Assembly: GCA_963762255.1 (NCBI GenBank)
Contig: CAVXKA010000001.1
Coordinates: forward strand, 768,001 to 832,000
Origin: Candidatus Eiseniibacteriota bacterium
GTDB taxonomy: Bacteria > Eisenbacteria > RBG-16-71-46 > JABDJR01
DNA: 64,000 nucleotides
Reading direction: 5' to 3'
Shown in pieces: positions 36,124 to 47,396 of this stretch (position 1 is the first letter of the stretch; each line of letters opens with the position of its first letter). The position numbers were made by a program, and so were the translations under genes. The notes beneath the pieces are model-generated. The model made no database searches. It had not been told where the DNA came from and saw only the letters and a list, made by a program, of their open reading frames with translations.

Positions 36124-38469
36124 GTGTCCACTGCCGAGGTTCTCACTCCGCGACGATCCGTAGCCGCCGACCTTCGGGCGGTCGCGCGGCGCGTTCCGTT
36201 CACGCTCTTCATGGTCGCCGGCATCCTGCTGGTGACCACCGCCAGTCGCTCCCTGCTCCACCCCCTGCGTCCCGAACTCCTCGACCGTTGGGGATTCGGT
36301 TTGAACGCGCTCCGCAGCCTGGAGCTCTACCGGCTCCTGACCGCGCCGTTCGAGGTCTATCGCCCTTACATGGTGATCACGATCTCGGCCAGCTTGCTCC
36401 TGGCGGTGGGGGCGTGCGAGGTCGTGCTGGGCACGCGCCGCACCGCGCTCGCGGCCTGGGGGAGCATCCTCGCCGGATACGCTGGCACCTACCTCCTCTT
36501 GTGGCCGGCGACTTCCTTCGGGTGGGAGTGGGCCGGCGAGATGACCCGGCACGCAGATGTGGGGGCTTCGGCGATGATCTTCGGCGCGCTCGGCGCGCTC
36601 GTCCCCAACCTCCCCCTCGCCTACCGCCAGCGCGCGTTCTGGGCGGTGTGGATCTATCTCGTGGGGATGCTCGCGTTGGAGTTCAAGGTCTGGGACATCA
36701 ACCACCTGCTCGCGTACCCGATCGGGCTTCTCGCCGGCCGAAGCCGCCTGCGCGGGCGCGGCGAGACCTGGTTGCCGACCATGCCCTCGATCCGGGTGGG
36801 CCGCCGCGAGCGCCCGGCGGTGACGGCCTGGCTGGTCGGGGTTATGGGCTTTCTGACCGTGCTCTCCTCGCTGACCGCGCCTCGTTACCCGCTCTTGCGC
36901 TGGGCGGAAGAGAGCATTCCGATCGAGCTGGAGCATGCAGGCCGCCACGCCAACCTCGTGCTCGGCTTCGCGCTCCTATTGTTGGCGCGAGGCCTGAGTC
37001 GTCGGCGTCGCCAGGCATGGAGTCTCGCGATGGTCGCGGTCGGTTCCGCCATCGTCCTGCACCTGGTGAAGGGGGTCGACTGGCCCGAAGCCACGCTCGG
37101 ACTCGCGCTCCTCGCCCTGCTCGTTCTCTGGCGCGGCGAGTTCACCGCGTCCTCGGATCCTCCCAGCGTGCGCGACGGCTACATCGGGCTGGCGGTTGTC
37201 GTGCTCCTCTTGCCGTTCTACACGTTGCTCGGCCTCCACCTCTTCCGCATTCATCCCGCCGAAGGGATCACGCCGTTCGTCCTATTGCGGGAGACGGGAT
37301 GGCGGATCCTCTTCGCCGACGCCACCGGGGTTGTGGCCGGAAGCCATCATCAGGCGTGGTTCTTGAATTCAGTTTCGGTATTGGGGTGGGCCGGCGTGCT
37401 CTACGCGGTAGTGATGACCGCGCGCGGGGCGGCGGCGCCGCCGCGCACGCTTACCGATCTCGAAACGGAGCGGCGGCTGGTCGCGCTTCACGGACGCACC
37501 GGCACCGACTACATGGCGCTCTGGCCCGGCAACAGCGCCTTCTTCGCTCCCGACCGCGGCGCGTTCATCGCCTACCGCCAGTCCGCCGACGCGGCGCTGG
37601 CCCTCGGCGACCCCATAGGCGCTCCCGCCGGATGCTCGGCCGCGATCGCGGGGTTCCGGGAGTTCACACAGCGGGCGGGAGCGTCCCACGCGTTCTTCGC
37701 CGCCACGGAGGCCATGCTTCCGCGCTATCAGGAACTCGGCTACCAGAGCATCAAGATCGGCGAAGAGGCGGTGGTGCCGCTGGCCGGGTTGGAGTTCAAG
37801 GGCAAGGAATGGCAGACGACGCGCACCGCGATCCATCGCGCCGCGCGCGAGGGGATGACCTTCCAGATGTTCGAGGGGGGCTCGGTGCCGCCCGGCCTGC
37901 GGACGCAGATGGAGGAGATCGCCGACGCCTGGCAGCAGGAGAAGAAGCTCCCGCCGATGGGTTTCACGCTGGGTCGCGTCGAGGATCTCGACGACCCGAA
38001 CGTCTACGTGGCGGCGGTGCTGGACGCGCAGGGAGAAGTGCAGGCTTTCGCCGATTGGCTTCCGGTGCCGGCCACCCGCGGCTGGGTGATCGATCTCATG
38101 CGCCGTCGCGCAGAGAGCATGAACGGGGTGATGGAGTTCCTGATCGCCTCGTCGCTGCTCTTCTTCAAGGCCCGCGGAGACCGGGAGGCGAGCCTCGGAA
38201 CCGCCCCGCTGGCCGATCTCGTGCCGGGCGAACGCGATTCCCTCTTCGAGAAAGTGATGGGGGTCGTCTACGAGCACGGCGGGGCGCTCTACCAGTTCCG
38301 CACGCTCTTCGAGTACAAGGCGAAATTCCGGCCGGAATGGCGGGGAACCTACCTCGTCTACGAGCACGCCGGCGATCTGCCCCGAGTCCTGCTCGCGCTC
38401 TTGCGCGCGTACTTTCCCGATCTCAGTCCCAAGGTGCTGGGCGAGATGATAGGTGCCGCTCTCTTCTAG
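36124..38469 (+). CDS. Rhomboid-like membrane domain fused to an MprF/LysX-type aminoacyl-PG synthase (DUF2156)
   Basis: YRLLTAPF, DVGASA and INHLLA in the N-terminal TMs; LARGLSRRRRQAW, HLVKG, ALGDPIG, KIGEEA, IDLMRR and YKAKFRPEW. Confidence 0.88.
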   Translation: MSTAEVLTPRRSVAADLRAVARRVPFTLFMVAGILLVTTASRSLLHPLRPELLDRWGFGLNALRSLELYRLLTAPFEVYRPYMVITISASLLLAVGACEVVLGTRRTALAAWGSILAGYAGTYLLLWPATSFGWEWAGEMTRHADVGASAMIFGALGALVPNLPLAYRQRAFWAVWIYLVGMLALEFKVWDINHLLAYPIGLLAGRSRLRGRGETWLPTMPSIRVGRRERPAVTAWLVGVMGFLTVLSSLTAPRYPLLRWAEESIPIELEHAGRHANLVLGFALLLLARGLSRRRRQAWSLAMVAVGSAIVLHLVKGVDWPEATLGLALLALLVLWRGEFTASSDPPSVRDGYIGLAVVVLLLPFYTLLGLHLFRIHPAEGITPFVLLRETGWRILFADATGVVAGSHHQAWFLNSVSVLGWAGVLYAVVMTARGAAAPPRTLTDLETERRLVALHGRTGTDYMALWPGNSAFFAPDRGAFIAYRQSADAALALGDPIGAPAGCSAAIAGFREFTQRAGASHAFFAATEAMLPRYQELGYQSIKIGEEAVVPLAGLEFKGKEWQTTRTAIHRAAREGMTFQMFEGGSVPPGLRTQMEEIADAWQQEKKLPPMGFTLGRVEDLDDPNVYVAAVLDAQGEVQAFADWLPVPATRGWVIDLMRRRAESMNGVMEFLIASSLLFFKARGDREASLGTAPLADLVPGERDSLFEKVMGVVYEHGGALYQFRTLFEYKAKFRPEWRGTYLVYEHAGDLPRVLLALLRAYFPDLSPKVLGEMIGAALF

Positions 38470-39368
38470 GGTCGCTCGGGTGCGGCCGGCCCGCCGAGGC
38501 TCGCCAATCGCTCGCGGAACGGAACGCACGCGAAGCGCGCTGCGATGTCCGCAAACGTCGTCTCCAGGAGCGCAAGCTTCTCGTCGAGGTTCCGCGCCAT
38601 ACCGGGATGCCGGGTGAGCCGGGCATCGACGCCGTCCTCGGCGAGCCCGAGGGCGTCCACCGCGTGGAGCGTGTAGGACAGGGGCACATCGTGTCGCGCG
38701 AAATGGTCGAGGTGACGCAGGAAGACGTCGCGGGAGAGCCAGTAGCGCGAAGTGTGATACAGCGGAAACCGGAACGCGCCGGTGACCGCGAGCGGAAACT
38801 CGATCAGGCCTTCACGACGATGCGGCCGGCGATCCAGCGTGAACGGCCACATCCGCAATCGCAGTACGGCGCGGGGATCGCCGCTCTTCATCGCGAGTGC
38901 GAGCCGAGCGGGGATCAGCCAGGGTGTCGGATAGCCGGAAGCGTCGTAGCAGTAGCCGGCCTCGCGCAATGCCCGCAGCACGCGACCATCCACGTCAAAG
39001 TTAGGGGCTCGAAAGCCTAGAACCTCGACGCCGGTCGCGCGCCCGATCTCCTCCCGGCTCCCGGCGATCTCCTCGTGCAGCGCATCCTCATCCAGCCGCG
39101 AGAGGGACATCGCGTGCGAGCGCGAATGACTGGCCACCTCATGACCCGCCTCGATCAGCGCGCGCAATGCCGGCGCCTGTTCGGCGGCGTCGCGGCCCAC
39201 CACGAAGAACGTGGCCCGCACTCCCGTCTTGGCGAGGATGCCCGCAATGCGTGGAAGTGCGCGGGAGTAGACGAGCGGGTCGGGCGCGAGATGCCGGTGG
39301 CCGTAGCCGAGAAGGTGGAGATCGACGGGGTCGACGTCCACGTTGACGGTGGCGGGGGGACGGCGCAT
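38466..39368 (-). CDS. Polysaccharide deacetylase (CE4/NodB)
   Basis: VNVDVD, ATFFVVG, GHEVASHSRSH, GFRAPNF and YDAS. Confidence 0.9.
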   Translation of the reverse strand: MRRPPATVNVDVDPVDLHLLGYGHRHLAPDPLVYSRALPRIAGILAKTGVRATFFVVGRDAAEQAPALRALIEAGHEVASHSRSHAMSLSRLDEDALHEEIAGSREEIGRATGVEVLGFRAPNFDVDGRVLRALREAGYCYDASGYPTPWLIPARLALAMKSGDPRAVLRLRMWPFTLDRRPHRREGLIEFPLAVTGAFRFPLYHTSRYWLSRDVFLRHLDHFARHDVPLSYTLHAVDALGLAEDGVDARLTRHPGMARNLDEKLALLETTFADIAARFACVPFRERLASLGGPAAPERP

Positions 39369-39651
39369 CGGGGATTCCCTTCGACCCTCGGCGCTTGCCC
39401 GTCCTTGGGAAGCGCCGCAACGGCCGAGGCGGAGCTTAGGGCAGCGCTTACCGAAGCGGCAACAACCATGCGCCGGGCCTGCGGGCGGCCCCCAACCCGG
39501 CCCCGCCGGCGGTCCGTGACGGATTCCGACCCTGTCCCGCTCCAGAGCGCGAAAAGGCGGCCGATAACGACCGATGAGGTGCCCCATGTCGGGGGACACC
39601 TTCGATTTCGCGCGAGTCCCGGCGCGAAAGCGCAGCGAACGACCATCCGGC

Positions 39652-40986
39652 ATGGAAGCGCCCATGACCCTGGAAGCAGCGGTGATCGGAGGCGGGATCT
39701 CCGGCCTCGCCAGCGCATATCGCGTGGCGGGACTAGGGCATCGCGTCACCCTGTTCGAGAGCGAGGACTCTCTTGGGGGCCTCGGGGCGTCGTTCCCCTA
39801 CCGCGACCGGCATCTCGAACGCTTCTACCACTGCATTCTTCCCGACGACCACGCGTTGCTGAGGCTCATCGGCGAGGTCGGACTCGCCGGCGATCTCGAG
39901 TGGAAACGGGTCGACATGGGCTTCATGTACCGGGGGAAGCTCTACCCACTCAACACCGCGATCGACTTGCTTCGCTTCACGCCGCTTTCGCTGGTGGAGC
40001 GCGTCCGAATGGGGTTGATGGGGCTGCGCATACGATCCCAGGGTCTGCGACCGGAACTCGACGACGTCACCGCCGCCGATTGGGTGCGCAAGCAGGTCGG
40101 CGAGCGCGCCTTCGACGTGTTATGGAAACCGCTTCTCTCCGCGAAGATCGGCGACGAGTACCTCGGGCTGCCCGCGCTGTGGCTCACCACCCGGATGAAC
40201 CGCGAGAAAAACACCAAGCTCGAGGTGAAGGGCTGTCTCAAGAACGGCTACCGGTCGCTCATCGACTCGCTGGGGGATGCCTTGCGAGCGCGCGGCGTGG
40301 ACATTCGTCTTCGCACCCGCGTGGAGGGAATCGCGGATGACGGAGACGGGCTGCGGCTCCGACTCGCCGGCGGCGCATCGCCCCGCTTCGACTTCGTCGT
40401 TTCCACGTCGCCCATCTCCGCGTTTCAGCAGATGTCGAAGGGGCTTCCGCTGCCCGCGAAGGTGTCCGATCTCCAACTCGACTATCAGGGCGTGATCAGC
40501 GGCGTCTTCCTGATGGAGCAGCCGCTGACCCGCTATTACTGGATGCCGTGGGTCGACAGCGGCACCACCGCGCAGGGCGCGGTGGAGATGTCGAACCTGG
40601 TGCCGCTCGACCGCGCGCACGGGCTTCACGTGACTTATCTCGTCAACTACACGCATCGCGACAGCGCGCTGTACCAGAAGGGCGACGCGGAGCTCCTCGA
40701 TCTCTACCGCGCCGACCTGGAGCGTCTCTACCCGAAGGCCGCGGCTACGGTTCGCGATCAGTTCTTGTTCCGGGCGCCGTTCGTGGAACCGATCTGGACC
40801 GTGGGCTACAACGCGCTACGGCCCCCGACATCTCTACTACCGGGGCGCCTCTACCTCGCCAGCACCGCCCAGGTCTACCCCCGCGTCAACTCCTGGAATT
40901 CCTGTTGTCAGGTCGTGGACGAGATGATGCCGGCGCTGGAGGCGGAGACCGCCGCGCGGCCGGCCGATCGGATGTTGCGAGCATGA
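39652..40986 (+). CDS. FAD-dependent oxidoreductase (protoporphyrinogen/amine oxidase-like, glycan-cluster type)
   Basis: VIGGGISGLASA, LFE...LGGL, ERFYH and QVYP. Confidence 0.88.
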   Translation: MEAPMTLEAAVIGGGISGLASAYRVAGLGHRVTLFESEDSLGGLGASFPYRDRHLERFYHCILPDDHALLRLIGEVGLAGDLEWKRVDMGFMYRGKLYPLNTAIDLLRFTPLSLVERVRMGLMGLRIRSQGLRPELDDVTAADWVRKQVGERAFDVLWKPLLSAKIGDEYLGLPALWLTTRMNREKNTKLEVKGCLKNGYRSLIDSLGDALRARGVDIRLRTRVEGIADDGDGLRLRLAGGASPRFDFVVSTSPISAFQQMSKGLPLPAKVSDLQLDYQGVISGVFLMEQPLTRYYWMPWVDSGTTAQGAVEMSNLVPLDRAHGLHVTYLVNYTHRDSALYQKGDAELLDLYRADLERLYPKAAATVRDQFLFRAPFVEPIWTVGYNALRPPTSLLPGRLYLASTAQVYPRVNSWNSCCQVVDEMMPALEAETAARPADRMLRA

Positions 40987-41804
40987 TCTACGTGATCTTT
41001 CCGGCATGGAACGAGGAGCGGACCATTCGTTCGACCCTGCTCGCTCTCTGGCGCGCCATGCCGGGGCGGGAATCGGAGTATCGGGCGGTGCTCGTGAACG
41101 ACGGAAGCACGGACCGCACCGTGGCCGAAGCGGAAGCAGCGGTGCGAGAGAGCGGCGGCGCGTTGCCGCTCACCGTGATCGGGCACGAGACAAACCGAGG
41201 CCTCGGCGCCGGTCTCTGCACGGGCATTACCTGGTGTCTCGATCACGCCGCCGACGGCGACGTGGTGGTTACCCTCGATGCGGACAACACACATCCGCCC
41301 GCGACCATTCCCGCGCTGGTGGAGAAGCTCGACGAGGGCTACGACATCGTCATCGCCTCGCGCTACCGCCCGACCTCCGTGGTGCGCGGTGTGCCCGGTC
41401 ATCGGCTGATGATCTCGGATAGCGCCCGGATCCTGTTTCGCGTCCTCTACCCGATCGCCGGTGTGCGCGACTACACCTGCTGTTTCCGCGCCTTCCGCGT
41501 GGGCCTGCTGCGACGCGCGTGCGACCTCTACAACGATGAGCTCTGCACCGCGCCCGGGTTCGAAGCGGTGATGGATCTGCTGTTGCGCCTCGCCGCGCTC
41601 CATCCCCGAGTGGCCGAGATCGGCTTCACGCTCGACTACGGCGGCCGCGTCGGTTTCAGCAAGATGAAGGTCGCGAAGACCGCCCGCTCCACGGTGGGGT
41701 TGCTCCTGAGACGACGCTGGGAGCGCATGACCCCCCAGCGGCGCCGTCCCGCGAGCGTGCGCCGCGCCGAGGCGTCCGCGCGCCGACGAGCGATCATACC
41801 TTGA
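40983..41804 (+). CDS. GT2 glycosyltransferase (polyprenol-phosphate glycosyltransferase-like)
   Basis: PAWNEE, VNDGSTD, NRGLG, TLDADNTH, IASRY and RDYTCCFRA; ATGA overlap with the upstream gene. Confidence 0.92.
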   Translation: MIYVIFPAWNEERTIRSTLLALWRAMPGRESEYRAVLVNDGSTDRTVAEAEAAVRESGGALPLTVIGHETNRGLGAGLCTGITWCLDHAADGDVVVTLDADNTHPPATIPALVEKLDEGYDIVIASRYRPTSVVRGVPGHRLMISDSARILFRVLYPIAGVRDYTCCFRAFRVGLLRRACDLYNDELCTAPGFEAVMDLLLRLAALHPRVAEIGFTLDYGGRVGFSKMKVAKTARSTVGLLLRRRWERMTPQRRRPASVRRAEASARRRAIIP

Positions 41805-42874
41805 TGATCGCGGTTGTGGTGGGCACGCGGCCAGAGATCGTCAAGATGGCGCCCGTGATCCGCGCCGCGCGCGATCGGCGTGTGCCCTGCCGCGTGCTTC
41901 ACACCGGACAGCATTACTCGTTCTCAATGGACGGGGTGTTCTTCGAGGAACTGGGGCTGCCGCCGCCCGACATCAACCTTGAGGTCGGCTCGGGAAGCCA
42001 CGTTCGCCAGATCGGAACGATCCTGGAGCGCTTGGAGCCCGTGCTTGCGAGCGAGCGACCGGACTGGGTGCTGGTCGAGGGGGACACGAATTCCGTGTTT
42101 GCCGCGGCGCTAGCCGCGCAGAAAGCGGGCATGCGGGTGGGGCACGTCGAGGCGGGTCTGCGATCCAACGATCGCCGCATGCCCGAGGAGATCAATCGGA
42201 TCCTCACCGACCATCTCTCCGAGCTGCTCTTCGCCCCCACGGAGACCGCGCGTCACACGTTGCTGGGCGAGGGCGTGCCCGAAGCCCGCATCCGCGTCAC
42301 CGGCAACACCGTGGTCGACGAGCTGGAGAGACAGCGCGGGCGCGCCGAGGCCGCCGGCGTCCCCGAACGCTTCGGCGTCGCGCGCGGGCACTACGCGGTG
42401 GCCACGGTGCATCGCGGCCGGAACGTGGACGATCCGACGCGGCTGCGGGGGATCCTCGACGGGTTGTCCGCGGTGTCGCGCGTCCTGGATCTTCCGGTGC
42501 TGGCCGCGCTTCACCCGCGCACGACTGCGCGCATGGAGGCGGAGGGGCTTGTCGCCGGTGCCGGCGTGCGGACGCTGCCGCCGCTCTCCTATCTCGACTT
42601 CCTCGGGCTGCACGCCGCCGCGGCGCTCACGCTCACCGACTCGGGCGGACTGCAGGAGGAGGCGTGCTGCCTGCGGGTCCCCTGCGTCGTCCTCCGCGAC
42701 AACACCGAGCGGCCGGAGGCGATCGAAGTCGGCGCCGGCATGCTGGCCGGGGCCGACCCCGCCGCGATCGTCGACTGCGCGCGCACTATGGTGGCGCGGC
42801 CGCGCGATTGGCCCAACCCGTTCGGCGACGGGCACGCCGCCGAACGCATCCTCGACGCGCTCCTGGCTTCCTAG
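41804..42874 (+). CDS. wecB: UDP-N-acetylglucosamine 2-epimerase (non-hydrolysing)
   Basis: GTRPEIVK, HTGQHY, GDTNS, HVEAGLRS, PEEINR, TDSGGLQEEA and TERPE. Confidence 0.96.
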   Translation: MIAVVVGTRPEIVKMAPVIRAARDRRVPCRVLHTGQHYSFSMDGVFFEELGLPPPDINLEVGSGSHVRQIGTILERLEPVLASERPDWVLVEGDTNSVFAAALAAQKAGMRVGHVEAGLRSNDRRMPEEINRILTDHLSELLFAPTETARHTLLGEGVPEARIRVTGNTVVDELERQRGRAEAAGVPERFGVARGHYAVATVHRGRNVDDPTRLRGILDGLSAVSRVLDLPVLAALHPRTTARMEAEGLVAGAGVRTLPPLSYLDFLGLHAAAALTLTDSGGLQEEACCLRVPCVVLRDNTERPEAIEVGAGMLAGADPAAIVDCARTMVARPRDWPNPFGDGHAAERILDALLAS

Positions 42875-42875
42875 A

Positions 42876-42913
42876 CGTTTGCCGCGCCGTCCTGGCCGCC
42901 GGCGCGGCAAACG
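42876..42913. terminator. Inverted repeat between the convergent wecB and hflC genes
   Basis: Perfect 14-bp stem CGTTTGCCGCGCCG/CGGCGCGGCAAACG; no strong U-tract. Confidence 0.5.
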
Positions 42914-42922
42914 CGAAGCCGC

Positions 42923-43861
42923 CTAATTCCCCGAGGCGTTCTTCAACTGCCGGTAAAACTCGCCCTTCGTGGATAGGATGAGCCACGTGTCGTCGTCGAG
43001 CGTGGTCTGGTACGTCTCCATCGTCTTGAGGAACCCGTAGAACGCGCGCGCGTCCGCGGAACGGTTGTAGGCCTTGGCCGAGATCTCGGTGGCGCGGGCG
43101 TCGGCGCGGCCGATGATCTCGCGCGCCTGCTTGTAGGCCTCGGACTGGATGCGCTTGAGTTCCCGCTCCCGCTCGCCGCTGATGCGCGACGCCTCGCCTT
43201 CGCCCTCGGAGCGGAACCGCGATGCGATGCGCTGGCGCTCGGCGATCATCCGCTCGTAGACCTTCTTGCGCACTTCCTCCACGTAGTTGATGCGCTTGAA
43301 CTCGAAGTCGAGGATTTCGATGCCGAGGTCTGTGATGCGTCCCTGCGACGCAAGGAGGATCTCCTCACGGATCTTCTCGCGCCCGATCACGATCGGCTCG
43401 AGCTGGACCTCGTCCTCGGCGACGGTCTCCCCGCGCTGAGGCTCCCGGTTCGTGCTGCGGATGAGCTCCACGAGGTCGTGCTTGGCGATCGCGTTGCGGG
43501 TCTCGCCGTCCAGGATGTCGTCCAGGCGCGTCTGCGCGCCGCGCTCGTTCTGCAGGCGCTGGAAGAAGAGCAGCGGGTCGCTGATGCGCCAGCGCGCGTA
43601 GGTGTCCACGTAGATGAACCGCTTGTCGCGGGTGGGAAGTTGATTCGAGTCCCCTTCCCACTCCAGGAATCGCCGGTCGAAGCGGTGGACGCGCTGGATG
43701 AACGGGGTTTTCGCCTTGAGTCCGGGCGTGTTGATGAGATCGCGGACGGGCTTCCCGAACTCGGTGAGGATCACCTGCTCGTACTCGCTGACCACGAAGA
43801 GCGTGTTGGCGATGACGAGCAGGACGACGAAGCCCAGAACCATGGCGCCGATGCGGATCAT
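42923..43861 (-). CDS. hflC: FtsH protease modulator HflC
   Basis: TEFGKP, PGLK.KTPF, WRISDPL.F and VYERMIAER..IA..FRSEG; adjacent to hflK. Confidence 0.95.
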   Translation of the reverse strand: MIRIGAMVLGFVVLLVIANTLFVVSEYEQVILTEFGKPVRDLINTPGLKAKTPFIQRVHRFDRRFLEWEGDSNQLPTRDKRFIYVDTYARWRISDPLLFFQRLQNERGAQTRLDDILDGETRNAIAKHDLVELIRSTNREPQRGETVAEDEVQLEPIVIGREKIREEILLASQGRITDLGIEILDFEFKRINYVEEVRKKVYERMIAERQRIASRFRSEGEGEASRISGERERELKRIQSEAYKQAREIIGRADARATEISAKAYNRSADARAFYGFLKTMETYQTTLDDDTWLILSTKGEFYRQLKNASGN

Positions 43862-44853
43862 GGCGCCTCCTTTCGGGGCGTCGTGCTCCCATCCAGGTTG
43901 AGCAAGGGCAGGAGCCCCTTCAGATCCTCGTCCACCACGATCTTGCGGGAGACCTTGGGCAGCACGTCGTTCATGGTCTCGAGGTAGATGCGCTTACGGG
44001 TAACCTCGGGGGCGGTCCGGTAGGCCTCGAAGAGGGCCACGAAACGCGCCGAGTCGCCCTGGGCGCGATTCACGCGGTCGAGCGCGTACCCTTCGGCTTC
44101 CTGAATCGCCTTGAGCGCCTCACCTTCGGCGCGAGGAACGACCCGGTTGTACTCCGATTGCGCCTCGTTGATGAGCTTCTCCCGCTCCTGCTGCGCCTGG
44201 TTCACCTCGTTGAAGGAGGGCTTGACCGGATCGGGCGGGTTCACGTCCTGCAGCACCACCTGCTCCACCTTGAGCCCGGTTTCGTAGCGATCGCAGAGAC
44301 CCTGAAGCTGCTGCTCGGCCAGATCGGCGACTTCCTCGCGGCCCACGGTGAGCACCTCGTTCACCGTTCGGTCGCCGACTACCTTCTGCATCACCGCTTC
44401 GCTCATGTCCCGAAACGTCTCCTGCACGTTCCGCACGCGGAACAGGAACTTGTATGGATCCACCACGCGGTACTGCACGACCCACTCCACCTGGGCCGCG
44501 TTCAGATCGCCGGTGAGCATGTTCGCCTCGGGCTCGAAGCCTTGCGTGGAGAACTCGGAGCGCACCTTCGCGACGGTCGTGCGGAAGCCGAACTCCTGCT
44601 TGAGCTGGCGCTGCACCGGCACCTTGGTCACCGTTTCGATCCCGAGGGGGATTCGGAACTGGAGACCGGGATCGGTCGTGCGCACGTACCTCCCGAAGCG
44701 CTGAACCACGCCGACCTGCTCCGGGCCGACGGTGTAGACGCTGGAGAGGATGAAGACGACGGCGATGACGGGAAGTACGAGGCCGCGCAAGAGCCGGATG
44801 GGAATGCGGGGCGGTCGAATGTCGATCGGCCCGCGGGGTCCGCCAAGATTCAT
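43858..44853 (-). CDS. hflK: FtsH protease modulator HflK
   Basis: GVVQRFG, MLTGDLN, QDVNPP.PV..SFNEV and APEVTRKRIYLETM. Confidence 0.95.
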   Translation of the reverse strand: MNLGGPRGPIDIRPPRIPIRLLRGLVLPVIAVVFILSSVYTVGPEQVGVVQRFGRYVRTTDPGLQFRIPLGIETVTKVPVQRQLKQEFGFRTTVAKVRSEFSTQGFEPEANMLTGDLNAAQVEWVVQYRVVDPYKFLFRVRNVQETFRDMSEAVMQKVVGDRTVNEVLTVGREEVADLAEQQLQGLCDRYETGLKVEQVVLQDVNPPDPVKPSFNEVNQAQQEREKLINEAQSEYNRVVPRAEGEALKAIQEAEGYALDRVNRAQGDSARFVALFEAYRTAPEVTRKRIYLETMNDVLPKVSRKIVVDEDLKGLLPLLNLDGSTTPRKEAP

Positions 44854-45047
44854 CGGTGGGCCCTCCTTTCGGACGGGGTAACAGCGTGTGTCCGGCAATC
44901 ATAGGGGGTGTGGGACAGCCTGAATACCCGCTTCCCCCCAGACGCCTTAAAGTACAAAATCCAAATTACGGATCGCGCGGCACCCGTCGCGGGGCCCTAA
45001 GCTAGACGCTGTCTTGGTGCGTCCCAAAGGATTTGAAGGGAGTTTTC

Positions 45048-47369
45048 ATGAGCGTAACCGACAAGCAGGCCCTCGAGTACCACTCGCAAGGGCGTAAGGG
45101 CAAGATCGAGGTCGTTTCCACCAAGCCGTGCAGCACGCAGCACGAGCTGTCCCTCGCCTACACGCCTGGCGTGGCCGTTCCCTGTCTGGCGATCGAGAAA
45201 GATCCCGACCTCGCCTTCGAGTACACCGCGAGAGGGAACCTGGTAGCGGTCGTCACCGACGGCACCGCGGTCCTGGGGCTGGGCAACATCGGCGCTCTGG
45301 CCGGCAAGCCGGTCATGGAGGGCAAGGCCGTCCTCTTCAAGCGCTTTGCCGACATCGACGTCTTCGACATCGAACTCGCCACCACCGACCCCAAGGAGAT
45401 CATCCGCACGGTGCAGCTTCTCGAGCCCACCTTCGGCGGGATCAACCTGGAAGACATCAAAGCTCCCGAGTGCTTCGTGATCGAGGAAGAGCTGCGCAAG
45501 ACGATGCAGATCCCGGTCTTCCACGACGACCAGCACGGGACCGCCATCATCTCCGGCGCCGCGCTCATGAACGCGATGCTCATCACCAACCGCAAGTGGG
45601 CGGACGCGAAGGTCGTGGTGAGTGGAGCCGGGGCCAGCGGCATGGCCTGCGCCGCGCACTACCTCGCGCTGGGCATCAAGCGAGAGAACGTCATCCTCGT
45701 CGACACCAAGGGCGTCGTCTACAAGGGCCGCAAGGATGGCATGAACGTCTACAAGGAGCGCTGGGCGGTCGACACCGAGGCGCGCACCCTGGCCGACGCC
45801 ATCAAGGGCGCCGACATCTTCCTGGGCTGCTCCGCGAAGGGGCTTCTCACCAAGGAGATGGTGCGGTCGATGGCCGACAAGCCGATCGTCTTCGCGATGG
45901 CCAACCCCGATCCCGAGATCTCCTACGACGACGCCAAGGCGGCGCGCGACGACGTTCTCATCGCGACCGGGCGTTCGGACTATCCGAACCAGGTGAACAA
46001 CGTGCTCGGGTTCCCCTTCATCTTCCGCGGCGCCCTCGACGTGCGTGCCCGCCAGATCACCGAGGGGATGAAGGTCGCGGCCAGCCACGCGCTCGCCAAC
46101 CTGACCCGCGAGGACGTGCCGGACGAAGTGGCGCGGGCCTACGGCCTCAGCCGTCTCCACTTCGGCGCCGACTACATCATCCCCAAGCCGTTCGATCATC
46201 GCGTTCTCATCTGGGAGGCGGCGGCGGTCGCGGAAGCTGCGATGAAGGACGGTGTCGCCCGGCTCAAAATCGACATCGAGGAGTACAAGGAGAAGCTCGA
46301 AGCGCGTCTCGGCCGGACCCGGGCGGTGGTGCGTGTCCTCATCACCAAGGCCAAGAAGGCCAAGGAGCGGATCGTTTACCCGGAGGGCGAGAACCTCACC
46401 ATCATCCGCGCGGCGCGGTCGGTGGCCGATCAGGGGATCGGGCAGCCGATTCTGCTCGGCAAGCCCGCCGAGATCCAGCGGATCACCAAAGAAGAAGGCA
46501 TCTCGCTCGACGGCATCACCGTTCTTAACCCGATCGAGTTCGACCGGCTCGATGCCTACACCAAGGCGTTCTTCGAACTGCGCCAGCGCAAGGGCGAGAC
46601 CATGGCCACCGCGCGGCGCCATGTCCTGCGCCCGCAGTACTTCGGCCCGATGATGGTGCGGATGGGCGACGCCGACGCGCTCATCAACGGCATCGGGCTC
46701 CACTACCCGGAGGCGCTCAAGCCCGCGCTCGAGATCATCGGGACTCGGCCGGGGGTCAAAAAGATCGCCGGGATGACGCTGGTGCTCACGCGCGACGACG
46801 TGTACGTGTTTGCCGATACCACGGTGAACATCGACCCGACGGCGGAGGAGCTGGCTGACATCGCGGCGCTGGTCGCTGAAGAGGCGCGTATCTTCGACAT
46901 CGAGCCCAAGGTGGCGCTGCTGTCGTTCTCGAACTTCGGAAGCGTCCGGCATCCGCTGTCGCAGAAGGTCGCCGAGGCGGCCAGAATCCTGCGCAAGCGT
47001 CATCCGGAGCTGGTGTGCGACGGCGAGGTACAGGCCGACACCGCGGTGGTGCCTGAGATTCTGGCCGAGAACTACGGGTTCTCACCGCTTCAGGGCGGGG
47101 CCAACGTGCTGATCTTCCCCGGCCTGGAGGCGGGCAACATCGCCTACAAGCTCGTCCAGCGTCTCGGCCACGCTGAGATCCTGGGCCCCATTCTGGTGGG
47201 GATGGCCAGCCCGGTCCTGATCGCCCAGCACTCCGGGTTCACCGCGGCCGACGTGGTCAACATGTCGGCGATCGCTGCGGCGGACTCGGCGAGGCGCCGC
47301 GCCAAGGAAGAGGCGGCGAAGCAGCCGGCCAAGAAGGCCGCGGCGCCGGTGGGGGCGTCGCGACGCTAG
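45048..47369 (+). CDS. maeB: NADP-dependent malic enzyme with a phosphotransacetylase-like domain
   Basis: [43 protein letters not shown] and [12 protein letters not shown]; PTA domain DGEVQAD...GNIAYKL. Confidence 0.97.
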   Translation: MSVTDKQALEYHSQGRKGKIEVVSTKPCSTQHELSLAYTPGVAVPCLAIEKDPDLAFEYTARGNLVAVVTDGTAVLGLGNIGALAGKPVMEGKAVLFKRFADIDVFDIELATTDPKEIIRTVQLLEPTFGGINLEDIKAPECFVIEEELRKTMQIPVFHDDQHGTAIISGAALMNAMLITNRKWADAKVVVSGAGASGMACAAHYLALGIKRENVILVDTKGVVYKGRKDGMNVYKERWAVDTEARTLADAIKGADIFLGCSAKGLLTKEMVRSMADKPIVFAMANPDPEISYDDAKAARDDVLIATGRSDYPNQVNNVLGFPFIFRGALDVRARQITEGMKVAASHALANLTREDVPDEVARAYGLSRLHFGADYIIPKPFDHRVLIWEAAAVAEAAMKDGVARLKIDIEEYKEKLEARLGRTRAVVRVLITKAKKAKERIVYPEGENLTIIRAARSVADQGIGQPILLGKPAEIQRITKEEGISLDGITVLNPIEFDRLDAYTKAFFELRQRKGETMATARRHVLRPQYFGPMMVRMGDADALINGIGLHYPEALKPALEIIGTRPGVKKIAGMTLVLTRDDVYVFADTTVNIDPTAEELADIAALVAEEARIFDIEPKVALLSFSNFGSVRHPLSQKVAEAARILRKRHPELVCDGEVQADTAVVPEILAENYGFSPLQGGANVLIFPGLEAGNIAYKLVQRLGHAEILGPILVGMASPVLIAQHSGFTAADVVNMSAIAAADSARRRAKEEAAKQPAKKAAAPVGASRR

Positions 47370-47396
47370 CCACCGCATCGACCTGATCGAACGAGG

